DNA from: Paraspadella gotoi
Lineage: Eukaryota; Animalia; Chaetognatha
Assembly (NCBI GenBank): GCA_051294375.1
Contig: CM119266.1
Span: forward strand, 19,293,657-19,357,656
Direction of reading: 5' to 3'
Length of the DNA stretch: 64,000 nucleotides
Shown: piece after piece, positions 62,901-64,000 of the stretch
Position numbering within the stretch: position 1 is the first letter of the stretch
How the letters are laid out: each line of letters starts with the position of its first letter
Made by a program: the position numbers and the translations under genes
Notes under the pieces: model-generated
The model's database searches: none
What the model was told of the DNA's origin: nothing
The model's input: the letters and a program-made list of their open reading frames with translations, nothing else

Positions 62901-63598
62901 AGTTATTACTATATTTACAATAATTTTAATTTTATATCCAAGACTTTTAGTTTTTATTCTGTCTTACTTAATGTATAATATACAATATACATAAAGCCTT
63001 AAAGCTCAGATTAAAAAGTATTTTAGCTATATAGTTTACTATCATAGTATACCAAAATATTTGTAATTTATGTACTTGGACTGAATGACCAATGACAAAA
63101 ACACCTTCATGAGCGCCATGAGCGTTTTAACGGCCATTTGCTTGACGTCCACGTCATTTCCAGGGGCCATCAATGCCGACAGAAGACGGAGCACGTCAGC
63201 TCGAGCCATTTCTTCCGCTTTTGACTGCGCCACGTGCCACAGGGCCTCGAGGTAGAGACGACGGTCCTCATCCGTAGCAACAAAGCCTCCGCCAGTACAG
63301 CCGCGACTCTTTGTTGAAACCCCGCTTCTTGTGTTAGACACGTAGCTGCCAGTATCATCGGCCTCATCAGAGCATGCCAATCTTGCCATCGATTCTTTCT
63401 CCAGCTTGAATATCATTTTCAACAGATATTTAAATTCTTTTCCTCCGACCAAGAGGTTAACGTTGTCCGCAGATTCACGGAGCAATGAAGTCAAGGCCTC
63501 CAGAATCGTCGTGAAGCAGCCTAAGGGTTTCAAACCGTTTTATCTGTAATTAGAGTATGGAAATGATAGATTTAAGCATTTAAGGCCTTTCTCATTAT

Positions 63599-63645
<47 letters not shown>

Positions 63646-64000
63646 CGCGCCCGATTGAGAGAAAGAGAGAATAAATAAATAGAGGAGAAGGTAATGAGGA
63701 AAAACTAATTGTCATCGGAGGATTTGTTTGGATGGAGATTGGATCGTCTGTTTGAGCAAAAGCGGAAGCAATCGTACGAAAGTCTCGCATCATTAATGCA
63801 AAATCGCGCGCGAGAGAGAGAGACATTAGTCAATACAGGGAGTAATGAATCAATAAATTATTGTGACGGGATTTGATTTGGAGGTTGTCACTTACTTTTT
63901 AGATTTGAAACGAGAGCGAAAATTTCATAAAAAATTACTTTCGTTATTTGGAAGTTTTGACGCTTTTATCAGATAGTCAACGATAATAGTCTGTAGCTCT
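56912..64000 (-). CDS. ARMC3-like armadillo-repeat + EDR1-domain protein (5' part lies outside the window)
   Basis: Phase-consistent exons 64000-63896, 63520-63105, 62160-62007, 61628-61406, 59689-59450, then ~59.07-58.85k, 58.61-58.47k and five more to the stop at 56912. ARM-like helices, then EDR1-type motifs REVVLV, RMGG, NVVPIQEIETGSKVHRATFFKFLCDLLQVSCNIERG, VWNKV and YVVDLTRHPGTLY. Confidence 0.75.
57769..57955 (+). repeat. Dispersed repeat family B (best copy); others at ~27028-27095, 40845-41020, 44000-44120, 44610-44720 and 61665-61845
   Basis: Shared GAGTCTTGATTGAAAGCTTGCAGGG..GCTATGTCATTATCTTGTAAG..CCAAAGTCAGGGGCAAGATA..GGATAATTTTTA..TGGTTG..CAATTTCAT, seen on both strands. No TIR seen; class undetermined. 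Confidence 0.75.
59101..59413. mobile_element. MITE family A copy (reverse orientation, apparently with a nested repeat)
   Basis: TCGGCTCTTTTTAACAATAGCGCCCCATTTC ... GAAATGGGGCGCTTTGATGAAATAAAAGTCGA; CCCTAA-like units inside. 59222-59267 matches 33487-33530. Confidence 0.6.
60084..61405. repeat. 1.3-kb aperiodic poly-T-rich tract (probable sequencing/assembly artefact)
   Basis: Overwhelmingly T with scattered C/G/A and no repeat unit. It interrupts the exon/donor junction CTGAG|GTATGC of the ARMC3-like gene. Confidence 0.85.

Overview
AT-rich, compact animal genomic DNA, probably a protostome invertebrate (inference from the SPARC cysteine pattern and the Turtle/Borderless-type gene). It is not prokaryotic, so the ORF track is mostly exon fragments, antisense shadows and microsatellite noise. 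I traced GT-AG junctions and reading phases by hand and recovered seven intron-rich genes in strictly alternating orientation: (-) a ~2,800-aa Q/A/S/T-rich protein with 12-13 mostly isolated C2H2 fingers (822-21433); (+) SPARC; (-) an RLF/ZNF292/ZNF654-type zinc-finger gene; (+) an EVI5-like TBC Rab-GAP; (-) HP1/CBX; (+) a 4-Ig/2-FN3 Turtle/Borderless-like receptor; (-) an ARMC3-like ARM+EDR1 gene that runs off the right edge. The introns hold several MITE-like and other dispersed repeats. Best leads: a TG...CA element with a 4-bp TSD and internal tRNA-type A/B boxes (Helenus-like solo LTR); a duplicated zinc-finger exon hidden in a 5.9-kb intron; a set of splice features aimed at zinc-finger boundaries (NAGNAG, GC donor, two ~200-nt AG-free zones); and a Cys-clamped RYKR loop inserted in an Ig domain. 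Two features look like probable long-read artefacts: a 1.3-kb poly-T tract sitting exactly at a splice donor, and a compensating indel pair. All gene models are manual and lack transcript support.
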